DNA from: Octopus vulgaris
Taxonomy: Eukaryota
Direction of reading: 5' to 3'
Length of the DNA: 64,000 nt
Assembly: GCA_951406725.2 (NCBI GenBank)
Contig: OX597817.1
Span: 62,682,001 to 62,746,000 of the forward strand
Positions 26,115-40,555 of this stretch are shown here, one piece after another (positions within the stretch are counted from its first letter, which is position 1; each line of letters opens with the position of its first letter). A program made the position numbers and the translations under genes. The notes beneath the pieces are model-generated. The model was not told the origin of the DNA and made no database searches. It saw only the letters and a list, made by a program, of their open reading frames with translations.

Positions 26115-26979
26115 ATCTTATAATTAAGGGCTAAAGAAGGTTATTCTAAAGCCAATACACTGATTTATCCACTTATAATCCACTTGTTACAAGAAAATTG
26201 AACTGAAAGCGGGCAACTAACCTTTAGAAAATTTAAATTCCGAAATTGATTCAATATAGAGATAACGAAATTTAAATTTTCTAAAGGTTAGTTGCCCGCT
26301 TTCAGTTCAATTTTCTTGTAACAAGTGGATTATAAGTGGATAAATCAGTGTATTGGCTTTAGAATAACCTTCTTTAGCCCTTATTTATAAGATGTTTATA
26401 CTTCAACCGTAAAGGTTTTTTTAATATACTGCCACGCTTTTTGATGGAATCCTTTTCTGTAGAGAAAGGGACTTCATCCTATATTGTTAGTAGTAAACTC
26501 ACTGCTTGTTACAAGGGGACCGGTAACCATTACAATATGTAACGGCGATAGGTCAACACGTTGTTCTGAGACTGACCAAGGAATTTTTATTTTTAGATAT
26601 AAATGATGTACTTAAGTGTTGTTGTGTTTTTAGCTTCTGCTTTTTCCATGATCACATGTGAGTATTTTATTTATATTCCCTCGTAAACTCTACTGAAGAA
26701 GAATGTATCCTTTATAGGGATTAATCCCGAAATTGATTCAATATAGAGATAACGAAATTTAAATTTTCTAAAGGTTAGTTGCCCGCTTTCAGTTCAATTT
26801 TCCTGTAACAAGTGGATTATAAGTGGATAAATCAGTGTATTGGCTTTAGAATAACCTTCTTTAGCCCTTATTTATAAGATGTCTATACTTCAACCGTAAA
26901 AGTTTTTTTAATATACTGCTACGCTTTTTGATGGAATCCTTTTCTGTAGAGAAAGGGACTTCATCCTATATTGTTGGTA

Positions 26980-26980
<1 letters not shown>
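26115..26980 (+). mobile_element. Non-coding Penelope/retrozyme-like insertion: inverted arm plus 487-nt-period tandem repeat, within (TA)n
   Basis: 26115-26239 is the reverse complement of 26269-26393. 26239-26493 is directly repeated at 26726-26980. Contains an HHR. Confidence 0.85.
26688..26748 (+). ncRNA. Type-I hammerhead ribozyme
   Basis: ctcta CTGAAGA a gaatgtatcctttatagggattaatccc GAAA ttgattcaa TA tagag. 5-bp stem I, near-palindromic stem III, imperfect stem II base. Confidence 0.75.
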
Positions 26981-27071
<91 letters not shown>

Positions 27072-27094
27072 AGGTAGGTAGCTAGCTAGCTAGC

Positions 27095-27175
<81 letters not shown>

Positions 27176-28465
27176 TGTGTGTGTTGGTGCATGTGTATGT
27201 GTGGTGTATGAAGGCAGGCATGACTAAGAGATTAAGAATTTTGCTTTGAAAACTTGAGATCTGGATTCGATCCGACTATATGGTATCTTGAACAGGTTTC
27301 TTTTACTATTTCCTGGAGTCGATCCAAACCTTGCTACTCAAACTGAGTTGAGAGAAACATTGCAGCAGCCTATGAGGTGGACTGTATTCGTAATTCGAAG
27401 GTCCGTCCCTTTTGTACTGTGTTAGGCTGGTCCTGTTAGAGAATTTCTCTAAGGTTTAACGTCGCCTTAGTAAGCATTGCTTCACCATACACATTGAATG
27501 CGTTGAAATCGAGTGGCCATCATAGTGTAAATAATCTATAACGAACTTAATACAAGGCGGTAGAACGTATTATAAATTTTATTTTGAGCAGAAATTATAC
27601 CGATGCGAATAAGCGTTCCACGTTTTATTGATTTTCATATAATCAATAACATTTAGAGAAAAACAAAATTGCATTTATAAAGGCGCAGGCTTTGCTGTGT
27701 AATAAGAAGTGAGCTTCCCAGCTACATGGCTCTGTGTTCGGTCCCACTGTGTGGAAACATGGGCAAGTGTCTTCAACTGTAGCCTCGTATTCGGTAGATT
27801 TGGTAGACGGAAACAGAAAAATACCCGTTGTGTGTGTGTGTAGGGGGGTGTTCTTCTAACGGCTGACAACCGCAGTTGGCTTGCTTAAGTCTCTATAAGT
27901 TAGCGGCTCGGCAAAAAGACACCAATAGAATAAGGATCATACTTCCAAAATACGAGTAATCGGGTTGATTCGTTCGACTAAAATTCTTCAAGACATTATC
28001 TCAGCATAGCTGATGTCTACCGACTGAAACAACTACAAAATAAAAGATATATGGTAGAAATTATTAAAAGAAAACATAAACATCCACATTAAAAATTCAA
28101 AACTTTTGTAACTTTTCCAGTATATGCCCCACACGTGTTACTTTTTATCATTGGTGCTCTTCACATCACCTAATGCGTATTGCCTCTTCGCTTTGGCTCT
28201 GTTGACAACTGGGTATAAACAATACGTGTATTTACATGCCTTTTGCTGAGTTTGGGAATGGCTCATGTTTGTCTTCGACACGTTTTTAAAAAGGCGTTTC
28301 AACCGTTGCTAATCGTCGCTATTTGAAAAGCTTTACATCTGTAACAATCCAGTCTTCTTAAAAACATTTCAAATCTACGATCTAGTTTTCTTTCTAAAGC
28401 AAAATCTCTCTCATCACGCGTTAACGTTTTACTTTACCCCAGATGATTCAGAGAACAAATAGTCC

Positions 28466-28562
<97 letters not shown>

Positions 28563-29206
28563 GATAGATAGATTGTGTGTGTTGGTGTGTGTGTATGGTG
28601 TATGAAGGCAGGCATGGCTAAGATTTTAAGAATTTTGCTTTGCAAACTTGAGATCTGGTTTTGATCCGACTATATGGTATCTTGAACAGGCGTCTTTTAC
28701 TATTGCCTGAAGTTCGCTATGCCTGAAAACTAAATTATGGGATGGACAAAGGTGAGGTGCATTTGATCACCGTTCTATTGGATCTGAGCTGAGCTGTGAT
28801 ATAATAACATAAACAATTACCGGCATGTTTATACGTGTATGTTTGCGTGTGTATGCTTTTGTGTATGTGAATGTTGTTTGTGTATGTGAATGTTGTTTGT
28901 GCTTGTGTATGTGTGTGTGTGTGCACGCGCGTATGCAAGCTGCTGCTGCTATCACACTGCATACTAGAAATATCACTCGTTGTCAACATAAATTGCATGG
29001 CTGAAATCCCACGGCAATATTGAGAAAACGATTATTATAAATTATGTTTTGCAAACAGAAATATTATGATTTATCTTTTGCACATTATGCCGGTGGAACA
29101 CACATATGCACGAGAAGAGACGAACCTAGTATTACAATTTAACGCCACGTTTACCAATTATATTAGTGTTTACAAAGAACTATACTACCTCATATACATG
29201 CTTACG

Positions 29207-29634
29207 TATTTCTTTACTACCCACAAGGGGCTAAACACAGAGAGGACAAACAAGGACAGACAAACGGATTAAGTCGGTTATATCGACCCCAGTGCGTAAC
29301 TGGTACTTATTTAATCGACCCCGAAAAGGATGAAAGGCAAAGTCAACCTCGGCGGAATTTGAACTCAGAACGTAACGGCAGACGAAATACATATTTCTTT
29401 TCTACCCACAAAGAGCTAAACACAGAGAGTTCAAACAAGGACAGACAAACGGATTAAGTCGGTTATATCGATCCCAGTGCGTAACTGGTACTTAATTAAT
29501 CGACCCCGAAAAGGATGAAAGGCAAAGTCGACCTCGTCGGACCGCGGCGGAATTTGAAATCAGAACGTAGCGGCAGACGAAATACTGCTAAGCATTTCGC
29601 CCAGCGTGCTAACGATTCTGCCAGCTCGCCGCCT
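29207..29634 (-). mobile_element. SINE family A with internal tandem duplication
   Basis: Two copies of the core/tail unit, then the head ending ccagctcgccgcc. Confidence 0.85.
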
Positions 29635-30274
29635 TTTAGTACATGCTTACAATGACATAAAACACACCATTGAGTGTTAAGTAACTCTTGTACCTATGCA
29701 CTATTGTGTGTCGTAGAAAATACAAACCGCCTATATTTCGTGTAACATTTCGCACGTTTTTATTTATTTCTCTCATTCGCTAAATAAATAATCGAAAATG
29801 TTCATGACGAAAAGTTTTTATGTCGAGTAGTGTAGAGCAAGAATTAAATTCACAGTAGGCCGAGTAACCTGATGAGAATTCGATTCCAAGCGGAAGCAAT
29901 TTTATTGAATTTGAGCCGCTAATGATCTCCAGAAAAAAGTTGAAAATTACAGTTTCCTATTTTATCCTTCTCCAGTTAAATTCAATCAATAGGAAAAAAA
30001 AATATTTTAAGATCAGCGAATTTGCGAAAGCAGTTCAACACTGGTGTAGATAAATGCATTGCAGTGCTTAGTCGTTGCTCTCGATGAATCGGTTTCGAAA
30101 TCACACTGGGATCAAGTGTTTTCCTCATTTACATATAGTAATCATTGAATGTGTTCTAGAGTTTCCTTTCTCACGACCTCATTAACACTGTACAAATATA
30201 TATATATGCCTCAGTATTAAACTGTTTACCTTAGTCAATGCACAGTGATCGCTTATGAATCTTAAGCCTATAAA

Positions 30275-30318
<44 letters not shown>

Positions 30319-30502
30319 TTGTTGTTACTGTTGTTGTTGTTGCTGTTGTTGTTGCTGTTGTTGTTGTTATTGTTGTTGTTGTTGTTAGTATTATTATTAT
30401 TATTATTATTATTATCATCATTACTAATATTTACAAAATTGTAAAATTGGACAACGTGTACGAAATAATCGCATGCGTGTGCGCGTGCGTGCGTGCGTGT
30501 GT

Positions 30503-30554
<52 letters not shown>

Positions 30555-30999
30555 GCATTTATGTATGTTATGAGGATTAGTGTTGTTAAGGATATCAATT
30601 GGTGTTTTGGATTTATGTGCGTGGAGCTGGGTGCTATATTGAGTTAATTTATCAGGGTGGAGGTTAGCTGGTCGTGGATTTCTGAGTTTCTTGCTGTTAA
30701 GATGTCGGATAACTCCAGCGATGTTAGTGGTGGTGGTGGTGGTGGAGTAGAACAAGTTTGTAGATTGGGGGTTAAATATATTTCTAAGGGTGCTAGATTT
30801 AGGGAGAATTTTTTCAAGTAGGATGAAAAGAGTTTAGTTACTCGAGTCTGAGCGAAGGTGAGTAGGTCTAGATAACGTCCCAGGTTCTGGATCGTTTAAT
30901 CTGATTGTGTGCGTAGGGGGTTAACCGAGTGGGGATAGGGTTTGGGAGGTTTATGGTGGAGTTTGTTTCGGTGAGTTGTGAGGTATATAGGATTTGGTG

Positions 31000-31620
31000 T
31001 CATCTGGTAAGAGGGTTGTTTGTTAAGTCGCCTGTTACTCTGAAATTTGGATATGCATTGAAGAGATGGGATGGGGGATTTTACGTTTACTATATGGGGA
31101 TGCGTAACCGGTTTCAGTTCCAGGTTTAGTGGAGACGAGAATATCCCTCATGGAGATGTATTCGATTGAGTTTTTATATCCGGCACGTTGTAGGGCACAA
31201 TTGTAATATTCGGCATATTGATCGAATAAACCATTATTAGTAGACGGTGAGGAAATTCGGTAGGAAATACTTTCCATAATAGATTTAATGATGGAGGAGG
31301 TGGTTGGAGGAGAAGTTCACGTAGTGAAGGTTTCCCCCAAGTTTGTAGTATTGATGGTTTGGTTTTGCAAGTTCAGGGTTACATCCAAGAAATTAGCAGT
31401 TTTAACGTTGTTACAGAAGGAGATGCTAAGGCCGACGTTTTTTTTTTTCTTTTAAAAACTTGTAAATGTTTTTCTAGTCCGATTTTCCGGTTGCTAGAAT
31501 TTTTTATTGCGAAAAGAGCGTCTTCTCTGTATAGACCACCAGAGATGTTAGGGAGTTGTTCATGGAGACCGTTAAGTAGCTAATGCCCTACAAGGTCCGT
31601 AACTGGTTCTTATTCGCACA
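31000..31620 (-). pseudogene. Decayed Penelope-like reverse transcriptase
   Basis: Minus-strand pieces: GLYREDAL (YxDD region), NVKTANFLDVTLNL, LHYVNFSSNH, SISYRISSPSTNNGLFDQYAEYYNCALQRAGY (PLE thumb/linker). Confidence 0.8.
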
Positions 31621-32402
31621 CCCGGCAAGCCTAAAAGATAGGGAGTATCAGTAGATTCCCTATAAACAGAACAAGAACAATGTCCAGTCACACAGAAAGG
31701 CAATAGACAAATAATCCTGCCTTAATAGTAAGTGTCAATTTGTCCTGAGCCAAGACTCCATCCAAGGATGGTACCGAAAAGAATTATGTCACGCTGCAAG
31801 AAACGGTATGTCCAAAGCAAATATTTAGGGTAATCAATTCAGGCGGGAAACGAAATAACTATAAAATATATAATGCATTAAATCAGAAATTTTAAGGAAA
31901 CTATCAATAAGTAGGCCTTTGGTCTAAATATCTATTTCTTTACTACCCACAAGGGGCTAAACACAGAGAGGACAAACACGGACAGACAAACGGATTAAGT
32001 CGATTATATCGACCCCATTGTGTTCTCGAAAGACAAATATAGCACTGTTATGCATCTCTATGGTATATATGATTAAAAAAAAAAGGTAGAAATAAAAGGT
32101 GCTGATATGCAGATAAGATAACATCGTCGAAAATGTTGGATTATAATAGGGTTTATTTGCTGGGACTGCTTGATTTCAGTTTAACGTTGTAACAAACACT
32201 TAATTGAGCAAAATATATTAACTCTAATTTGACTATGATATAACAGGCGGTTTTTCATTATTCAATCACATTGATACAATTAAGTATGAGACACTTATCC
32301 AAAAGAGACAGAAAAATTTACAGCAAAGGAGAATTGAGGTAAAGGCATGAAGGTGATTTGACTTCACACTCACACACACACACGCACACACATATATACA
32401 TA

Positions 32403-32473
<71 letters not shown>

Positions 32474-32549
32474 AATATATATATAAGTGTTGAGTGAATT
32501 TCAGGTTTGAAATTTCCATGTGACGATAAACATAGGATAATTATTCATA

Positions 32550-32597
<48 letters not shown>

Positions 32598-34776
32598 TAT
32601 TACATACATATATGTACATACCTACATATGTATATATACATATACAAAAAAAAAAAACGTTGAACACAATGAGAAACGAAAACATAAAAACGAAAACTTA
32701 GAAACGAACTTTTTTTCTAACAACGAAAGAACAGAGAAACGAGACATACAACATAAAGAATATTCTCCTTCTTCGGTTGTCCCTGCTTCCTCTACTCCAC
32801 GTTTAAAATATACATACATACATACATACATACATACACACACACAGACAGAAAGACAGACAGAAAGACAGACTGACTGACTGACAGTGAATTCCCTGCT
32901 TAGTGCTGATCTGTTATTGTGCTCTTCATTCCCGGATGTAAAGTTTTCCAGTAGGACCGCTACAAACTTATATTTTTATATTAACTCAGAAAATAATTCA
33001 TACTTTGCATACTTCCAAATGCACGCAAATATTACCCGCAATCTGTTACTGACTATGAGTGGAATAGAACCTGTAACGCGATGTACTGACATTTCGTCTA
33101 AAGTGATTAAGAAGAGTCATACTGGATATAAAACTGCCAGCGTCGAAACAGTTTGAAGCAAGTGACACGTATGTTTTATGTGTTATTCATTAAGGAATGA
33201 TCTTTTTTAATGAATTTCTAAGGAATATTACAGAAATTAGAGTTAAGTTTAACGTGAATTATCCTGCTAATGACTACAGGAACAAAGGAAGGTGTTCTGG
33301 TCATAGCATTTCGTTATATGAATTACTTCAGACCTGAACACGCAAGAAAGCAAATAAAGAATTATAATAAACAATCAGTGAGCGACAACTGGCAACAGCT
33401 TGAACCTTATCTATCCTTAGTGTTTTTTAATCGAATTTAAATTGACTAAGGTTATATTCCTTCATTAAACTTGATTATTTTAACTTGTTTCATTAGCCCA
33501 TAACAATATTGGATCTTAAATCATTCAATTTATTTTCTAATTAGATTAAAGCATTTTATGTGGCGTTATCTATGATATTACGCTTTTAGCGGTGTAACGT
33601 CCTCATGTCTCTGAATGTTTTCTGTCCCTTGGTGATGTGATTAAATTTCATTTGTTGTTCGTATTACTGCTCATCGAATTTTATAGCCCTATGCTGTTAT
33701 AATTCACCCGATTAACGAGACAACTTTTAGGGACGTATCACGGAGATCAGCCAATGTATTAAGGTAGTTCGTTATTTGCAGGTTGTTGGAGCAAAATTTG
33801 ACGATTATTTATGTCTCTTTCTTTCTGGAACAGTTTGATGAACTAGTGAATAGTCAACAGCGTTGTAGAGCATAAAAATTAAAGTTGTAGCCGAGAAGCC
33901 ATCTGAATATTACCTGCGTAATTATGATTGAAGCCAGGTCTCAAAATGCCGATATCATGGCTACTGGTATGCTATGCAAAGCTCATCCATAGGTATTGGC
34001 CACCTGATGTCATCATACACTATACATTCTCCGCTTACTAGATTCCATTGTATAAGTAGAGCTTATATAATCTTACACATTGGCTGGATGATAGTGATTC
34101 CATGCACAGCCTATTATCATCTTACCAATATAGTACGCGCTTAAAAAAACTATATATGAGTTAAAATTAAAGTTTAAATTTAAAATGACAGCAGGGTATG
34201 TACATGAGTAACCGACCAACAGCGGGTTAGGTACTGACACGCTTAATTGTGTGTTATATTTACCTTATTCTTGGTATTGTATTGTTTTTCTTAGTTACTT
34301 CCTATTTGTATCCACAGCTTCGCAACATAATCGGTTTTTTGCCGTTCCCTTACAATGTATTTTAGCTACGACTGCTATCAACATGCTCTAGTTTATCTTA
34401 AGAGCAAAACATTACTAAATGCAACGAGAAACTGTATTACAGAAATCCATTGTATAGTTTCCCACCCGCAAAGATGTGTTGAAACGATCGTTGTGATAAA
34501 TAAAGGTTCCAATATATTTTATCTTCCGTATCCATTGTCTCTATTTAATTCTTTTATTCTTATATTCTTTTACTTGTTTCAGTCATTTGACTGCAGCCAT
34601 GCTGGAGCACCGCATTTTGTCAAACAAATCGACCCCGGGACTTATTTTTTTGTAAGCCTAGCGCTTATTCTATCGGTCTCTTTTGCCGAACTGCTACGTT
34701 ACGGAGACGTAAACACACCAACATGGGTTGCCAAGCGATGGTGGTGGGGTGCAAACACAGACACACACACACATAC

Positions 34777-34812
<36 letters not shown>

Positions 34813-35096
34813 GACGGTTTCTTTCAGTTTCTGTCTACCAAATCCATTCACAAGGATTTTGGTCTGCCAGAGGCTATAGTAGAAGACACTTGCTCAACGC
34901 GGCCCGCAGTGGGACGGAACCAGGAACCATGTGGTTGGAAAGCAAGCTTCCTGCCACACAGCCACTCCTACACCTATATATATATATTTTATATATATAC
35001 ATATATATATATATATATACATATATAAGAATTTTTTTGCGTAACGAGATAAAAAAACCAAGGCTGTATAGATATTAGAGCGTTTATAGATAGAAG

Positions 35097-35148
35097 GTCT
35101 TACAGCTTTTTCTAGGATATTAATTAATAATATCCCTTCATCAGAGAC
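35097..35148 (-). ncRNA. Type-I hammerhead ribozyme
   Basis: Reverse complement: gtct CTGATGA a gggatatt attaatt aatatcct a GAAA aagctg TA agac. Related to 2890-2943. Confidence 0.75.
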
Positions 35149-35861
35149 GCTGTGAAAAATTTAGTCATAGTTAAGACATGAGTTACAATCATTCATATAA
35201 TCTGAATGTCAGCCAATAATTTTTAGTTTTATCAGTAGTTATGGGTGTGTAATTGAGTTGTCAGGAGCTGATTGCTTTTGATTCTAATTTTATGGCGTTT
35301 TTATTTCAAACGTTTAACACGGCAAGATTTTTCAAATTATAGAATAATGAACACACAGAGAAATAGATACTCGTATATAGATTCATTCATACGTGGTCTT
35401 GTGTAGGTGTGCATGTTCGCGTGCTCGTGCGTGTGGTTGTTTGTTGTGGAAGACAGAAAGTCTGTGATTGCATATATGTGTTTCTTTGTATATTTGCGAG
35501 TGTTTAACATCGCATTGTATGAATAATATATCTATGCATAAATGCATAGATACATACGGGGCATGATACCATAGATAAGTACATACGTACCCGATATTTC
35601 TCCCTTTTCTCTTTTAAGTCACACGTTTTCTAGAAAGAACAAATAAACACACACATAAACATACACACAAACCAACACACAACACACACACATACACACA
35701 CACACACATATAAATAGTTAGAAAGGAAGAAAAAAAGAATCAAAGATAGAAAGAAAGGGTAATATAAAGAAATAGGTGTAAACGTTGATATGTATATGTT
35801 ACCGATTGTGTCTGTGTATATACATATGTGTGTGTAAGTATATATACATATATATGTATAG

Positions 35862-35871
35862 AGTAGTAGTT

Positions 35872-35924
<53 letters not shown>

Positions 35925-35982
35925 TCTGATGGTGATGGTCGTGGTGGTCGTAGTGGTGGTCGTCGTGATCGTCGTGGTCGTG

Positions 35983-36055
<73 letters not shown>

Positions 36056-36056
36056 C
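35862..36056. repeat. (TAG)n/(GTC/GTG)n microsatellite
   Basis: Direct reading. Confidence 0.95.
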
Positions 36057-36254
36057 CATTTAAGTATGCGTGGATTTATATATGTGTGTATTGGCGGGTG
36101 ATTGTGGTGTGTGTGTGTGCGTGTGCATTTAAGCATCCAAACTCATATATATGTATGTATGTGTGTATGTGCTACCATACATTTTTAAGATTATCTAAAT
36201 CTTCCCCCACCCCCTTTTACAAAATACAAGCTTCTTAGTCAACGGAACAGCATT

Positions 36255-36535
36255 CAGTCAGTTACAACGACGAGGGTTCCAGTTGATTCGATCAGTTGAA
36301 CAGCCTACCCATGAAACTAACGTGCAAGTGGCTGAGCAATCCACAGACATATGTACCCTTCATGTAGTTCTCAGGAAGATTCAGCGTGACACAAAGCGTG
36401 GCAAGGTTGGTTCCTTGACATACAGGTACTAATTTATGCTGACTGACTGCATCAAGGACACAACGCATCGCCGGGAATTGAACTCACGAAATTGCAATCG
36501 TGAGCCGAATACTCTAACCAATACCCCACGTGCCT
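36255..36535 (-). mobile_element. SINE family D
   Basis: gttacaacgacgagggttccagt..gtgcaagtggctgagc..attcagcgtgacac. Second copy at 37620-37920, related tail at ~62380-62430. Confidence 0.7.
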
Positions 36536-36759
36536 TCACTTGCATATTAGGAGGCCAGGGTAGTTGATTCCATGCAAAAAATCCGATTTTCTTTTTCTTA
36601 GTGAAAATCGTGCAAGTGTTCATCTAAAACTTTTCCATCCTTTTTTCCATTCATTTCTGTTTATGAAATCCTCCGTACGTAATTTTGCTTTCTCGATGGT
36701 CAAGGCAAATGATGACTGGCAAGGCAACAGTGCCTTAATGCTGACATTGGATACAATGA

Positions 36760-37362
36760 TCTGATCTACAATAATGCGCTGATTGAAATCGAGGATGCTC
36801 TGCTCAAAATGGGTGGGGCGGTGTTGAAAACATTCGGTTTGCCATCCTCATTGCGACAGGACGTTAACACACTCCCACCAAAGTTACTTCTGGAGTTATA
36901 TGACGCTGATGGCCTTGCGGAGTACTTGAGACCTGATCAGAGTCTAGTGTACGAAACTGTCGTCAGTGTCGTTGAAAAACAAGCGGGTGGCATTTTTCCC
37001 TCGATGCTGCTAGAGGTACCGGCAAATCCTTAGTAACACAATTAATGCTTGCTAATATTCATCGCGAGAAACAAATTGCGCTAGCCGTTGCTTCCTCGGG
37101 AATCAGGGGGTAGGACGGCGCACTCGGTATTCAAGCTGCCTTTACATTTGGTGAGAGCCGAGGTAACTACTTGGAACAATGGCAAAAATTCAGAGGAAGC
37201 TGAAGTTCTTAGACAATGCCGTCTCATTGTATGGGAGGAACGCACAATGACAAAAAAGGGTGCCCTTGAGGCACTAGACCGGTCACTGAAAGGTATCAGG
37301 GATTCTACAGCTTCTATGGGTGGTGTAACTCTATTGCTTTCAGGAGATTGCTTTAACTCCTG
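36760..37362 (+). pseudogene. Helitron PIF1-family helicase fragment
   Basis: Frameshifted LDAARGTGKS (Walker A), AVASSG, GGRTAHSVFKLPL, CRLIVWEERTM, ALEALDRSLKGIR, MGGVTLLLSGD. Confidence 0.88.
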
Positions 37363-37949
37363 AGTGTTGTTGTTATTAGAATGTTCCACCAGCTTTGGGA
37401 GTATTTTTATTTTAAAAGAGATGGATATATTCAGGTTCTGATGTACCATTTGTAAGGCTATCAAAACAATCGTTTCTGCTAAAATCATCTACAATATGTA
37501 GATGGTTTTACTGACAATGTCATGTCTTATTGGTTGATGTTTTTATTAAAATGTTCCACCTGTATTCTTTATTTCTCAACGTATGAATATATTCTGCTTC
37601 TGGTGAGCCTTTAGTTATAACTGGCACTCCGTCGGTTACAACGATGAGGGTTCCAGTACAACCGCTAAACGGAATAGCGTGCTTGTGAAATTACCGCGCA
37701 AGTGGCAGAGCTCTCCACAGGCACGCATACCGTTAACATAATTCTAAAGGAGATTCAGCATGACACAAAATGTAACGAGGCTGAACCTTTGATGTACGGG
37801 TACAACTAATTTTTTACAACTGACTGGGCTGGATCAACGTGAAAAAAATGTCTTGCTCAATGACACAACGCGCCGCCATGTATCGACTTTACGTTTTGGA
37901 GGCGAATACCTTAATCACTGAGCATCAGAACAGTCTTTTCTGTGGATAT

Positions 37950-38300
37950 TATTGCAGATGGTTTTAGCGATAATTCCGTGTCTTACGGTAAGATTTTATC
38001 TTCCAAATATTTTTTAGATCGTTGCTGGTCATGTGGATGAAATATTCATGTTATTGCACAATCGATATTTTTTATTACAACGATGAAGTTTGGTAGTATC
38101 TTTATCAATCTTGTTGATCAGAAATTTATTAGCTGTCTCCTGTTTCTGCACAGCTAAAACGTATCCTTCTAGACGAGATGTGATATGTTTCTCGCGGATC
38201 CATGGGAGATTGCTATGCCTGTCAATGTTGTAGTTATTCTCTAGCTTGCAGTTTTTATCCAACCATAATCTTCTGTTCTTATATGATTATCTTGTCGTCA
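37950..38300 (-). mobile_element. R4/Dong-like non-LTR retrotransposon fragment
   Basis: WIREKHITSRLEGYVLAVQKQE..KKYRLC resembles the pre-CCHC region (EG.i.AaQdQ..CRLC) of REL-endonuclease LINEs. Confidence 0.55.
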
Positions 38301-38574
38301 AGTTTCTATTTCAAACACATCAGTACACCTACAGTTCGTTCAGAAGGGACAGATTTAGATTCAGAGTAACTATAAATGGATTCTTCAGATAACCTCCTAG
38401 CGTTATTATTTTCGCTATGGAATATAACCGTGATATCTTCACTTCAATCTTTGCTGTTCAAAAGATTTGCCTGAATGATACGATGCGACATCGAAAAGCT
38501 ACCTGAACCGATCATATGCCTCTGCCTCTATCCAAATGTTTAACATAGATGCTGAAAGCACAAATATTAAGATG

Positions 38575-39634
38575 GGCGTTAGCAATCGACTTTAGTGCCT
38601 TGGAAGAGGATCTCAAGCATAGTCGGAGTATCCTTACGCACAGTTTATAACATAAAAAAGAGAAAGGACATGAGCAACAGCATTCAGAGGAAGTCTGGCA
38701 GCAGTGGAGCCAACAAGAAACGAAATCAAGACTTCAACACCCTCAAGTCCAAAATTTCAACAGATACAACCACAACCATGAGGAAGCTGGCTTCTGAATT
38801 TGAAGCGGACCCCAAGACCATAAGAACAGCTGTGAATGATGACTACTCCAGGACACCAGGACACCGGCTGATAGAGGCAATGAAAGCCTGGAGACTGGAG
38901 AGATGCAAAAAGGTTCTCATATACTTAAAGAAGAACAGTTTCACTGAAAGTTTTCTGACGAAAAGATCTTCACAGTGGATGCTGTTCTGAACCACAGAAA
39001 TGATCAGTACATTGCGGAGTTAACAGCAGACGTCAGGAGCACCTTCAGAACAAAACTGGTCATGGATTTTGGTTTTGTGACCTCTGGCGGAAGAAAGATG
39101 CCCATCTGCTTATACAAGCCCGGAGAAAGAGTGGGTGCTGACGCCTACTACAAGACGCTGAGGTACCATGTCTTGCCGTGGCTCCAGACCGACTACCTAG
39201 AGGTCAACTATGTGTGGACCGAGGCTGGTACTTCCAGCCATATTGCCAAGAAGGTTAAGAATTTCTGCAAATCCAACTTTTCTGCTTTCTGGTCCGCGGA
39301 CTTCTGGCTTTCTTCCAGCCCGGATCTCAAGCCTCCGGACTATTCCGTGTGAGGCATTTTGGAGCATGCCACAACAAAATCTGACATTCCAACATCAACT
39401 CTCTGCAGGTTATCATCAATGAGGTGTGGGCCAGGATGTCCAGTGACTTTGTGGTGAAGAGTTGTGCAAGGTTCTGTGGAGGGTGTAATTGCAAACAATG
39501 GAAGCCACATAGATTACATTATTTATTTAGTAATTATATGCGAATGTTAACATAGTTATAAATTACTAAGCACGTTGAACAATAAGAGATTTCCAAGTGT
39601 TACAGCAATTTTGAATGTTTTCTTTCCCCACCCC

Positions 39635-39637
<3 letters not shown>
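38575..39637 (+). mobile_element. Decayed Tc1/mariner (maT/rosa-like) transposon
   Basis: HTH ISSIVGVSLRTVYNIKKR, SDEKIFTVDAVLNHRND, VGADAYYKTL, FWLSSSPDLKPPDYSV. Terminal ccccaccccctg followed by (TA)n. Confidence 0.88.
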
Positions 39638-39731
<94 letters not shown>

Positions 39732-39865
39732 TAAATGTAAAAAAATACAAACTAGGACAAGAACGTGAAACATTTAGAAGACGATACAAAAAACACGGAC
39801 GGGACATTCGAAGCCTTCAATCTTCAGTCAAGATCCGGATCATCTTCGAATTTCGGCTGATTAAT

Positions 39866-40010
<145 letters not shown>

Positions 40011-40121
40011 GATAGATACATAAAGAGATGTAGATATATAGATATGTGTGCGATTGTGTGTACTTATATATGTATGTAATATGCATATATATAGAGAGAT
40101 CAATATAATTTTATATATTGC

Positions 40122-40179
<58 letters not shown>

Positions 40180-40356
40180 GTTAATACGGAGATTGAGATT
40201 GGTGTACTTAGTACTAAGGTCTCTGGTATTAATATGTCATGTCATGGAATTAAAGATTCCGAAGTTGACACTTCTGACTTACCGCTGGCAGCAGCCTTAA
40301 GTTTTAGATTCCCCATGAAAAGAAAGTCATAGAATAACATAATGTGTGATTAAGAA

Positions 40357-40464
<108 letters not shown>

Positions 40465-40519
40465 ATTATATATATATATATATACATACAATATATATAT
40501 GTGTGTGTGATGTATGTAT

Positions 40520-40555
<36 letters not shown>

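Noticed and set aside
29867-29900. CTGATGA gaat tcg attc hairpin resembling a hammerhead
   Set aside because: Followed by CAAG rather than GAAA, and no stem I or stem III.
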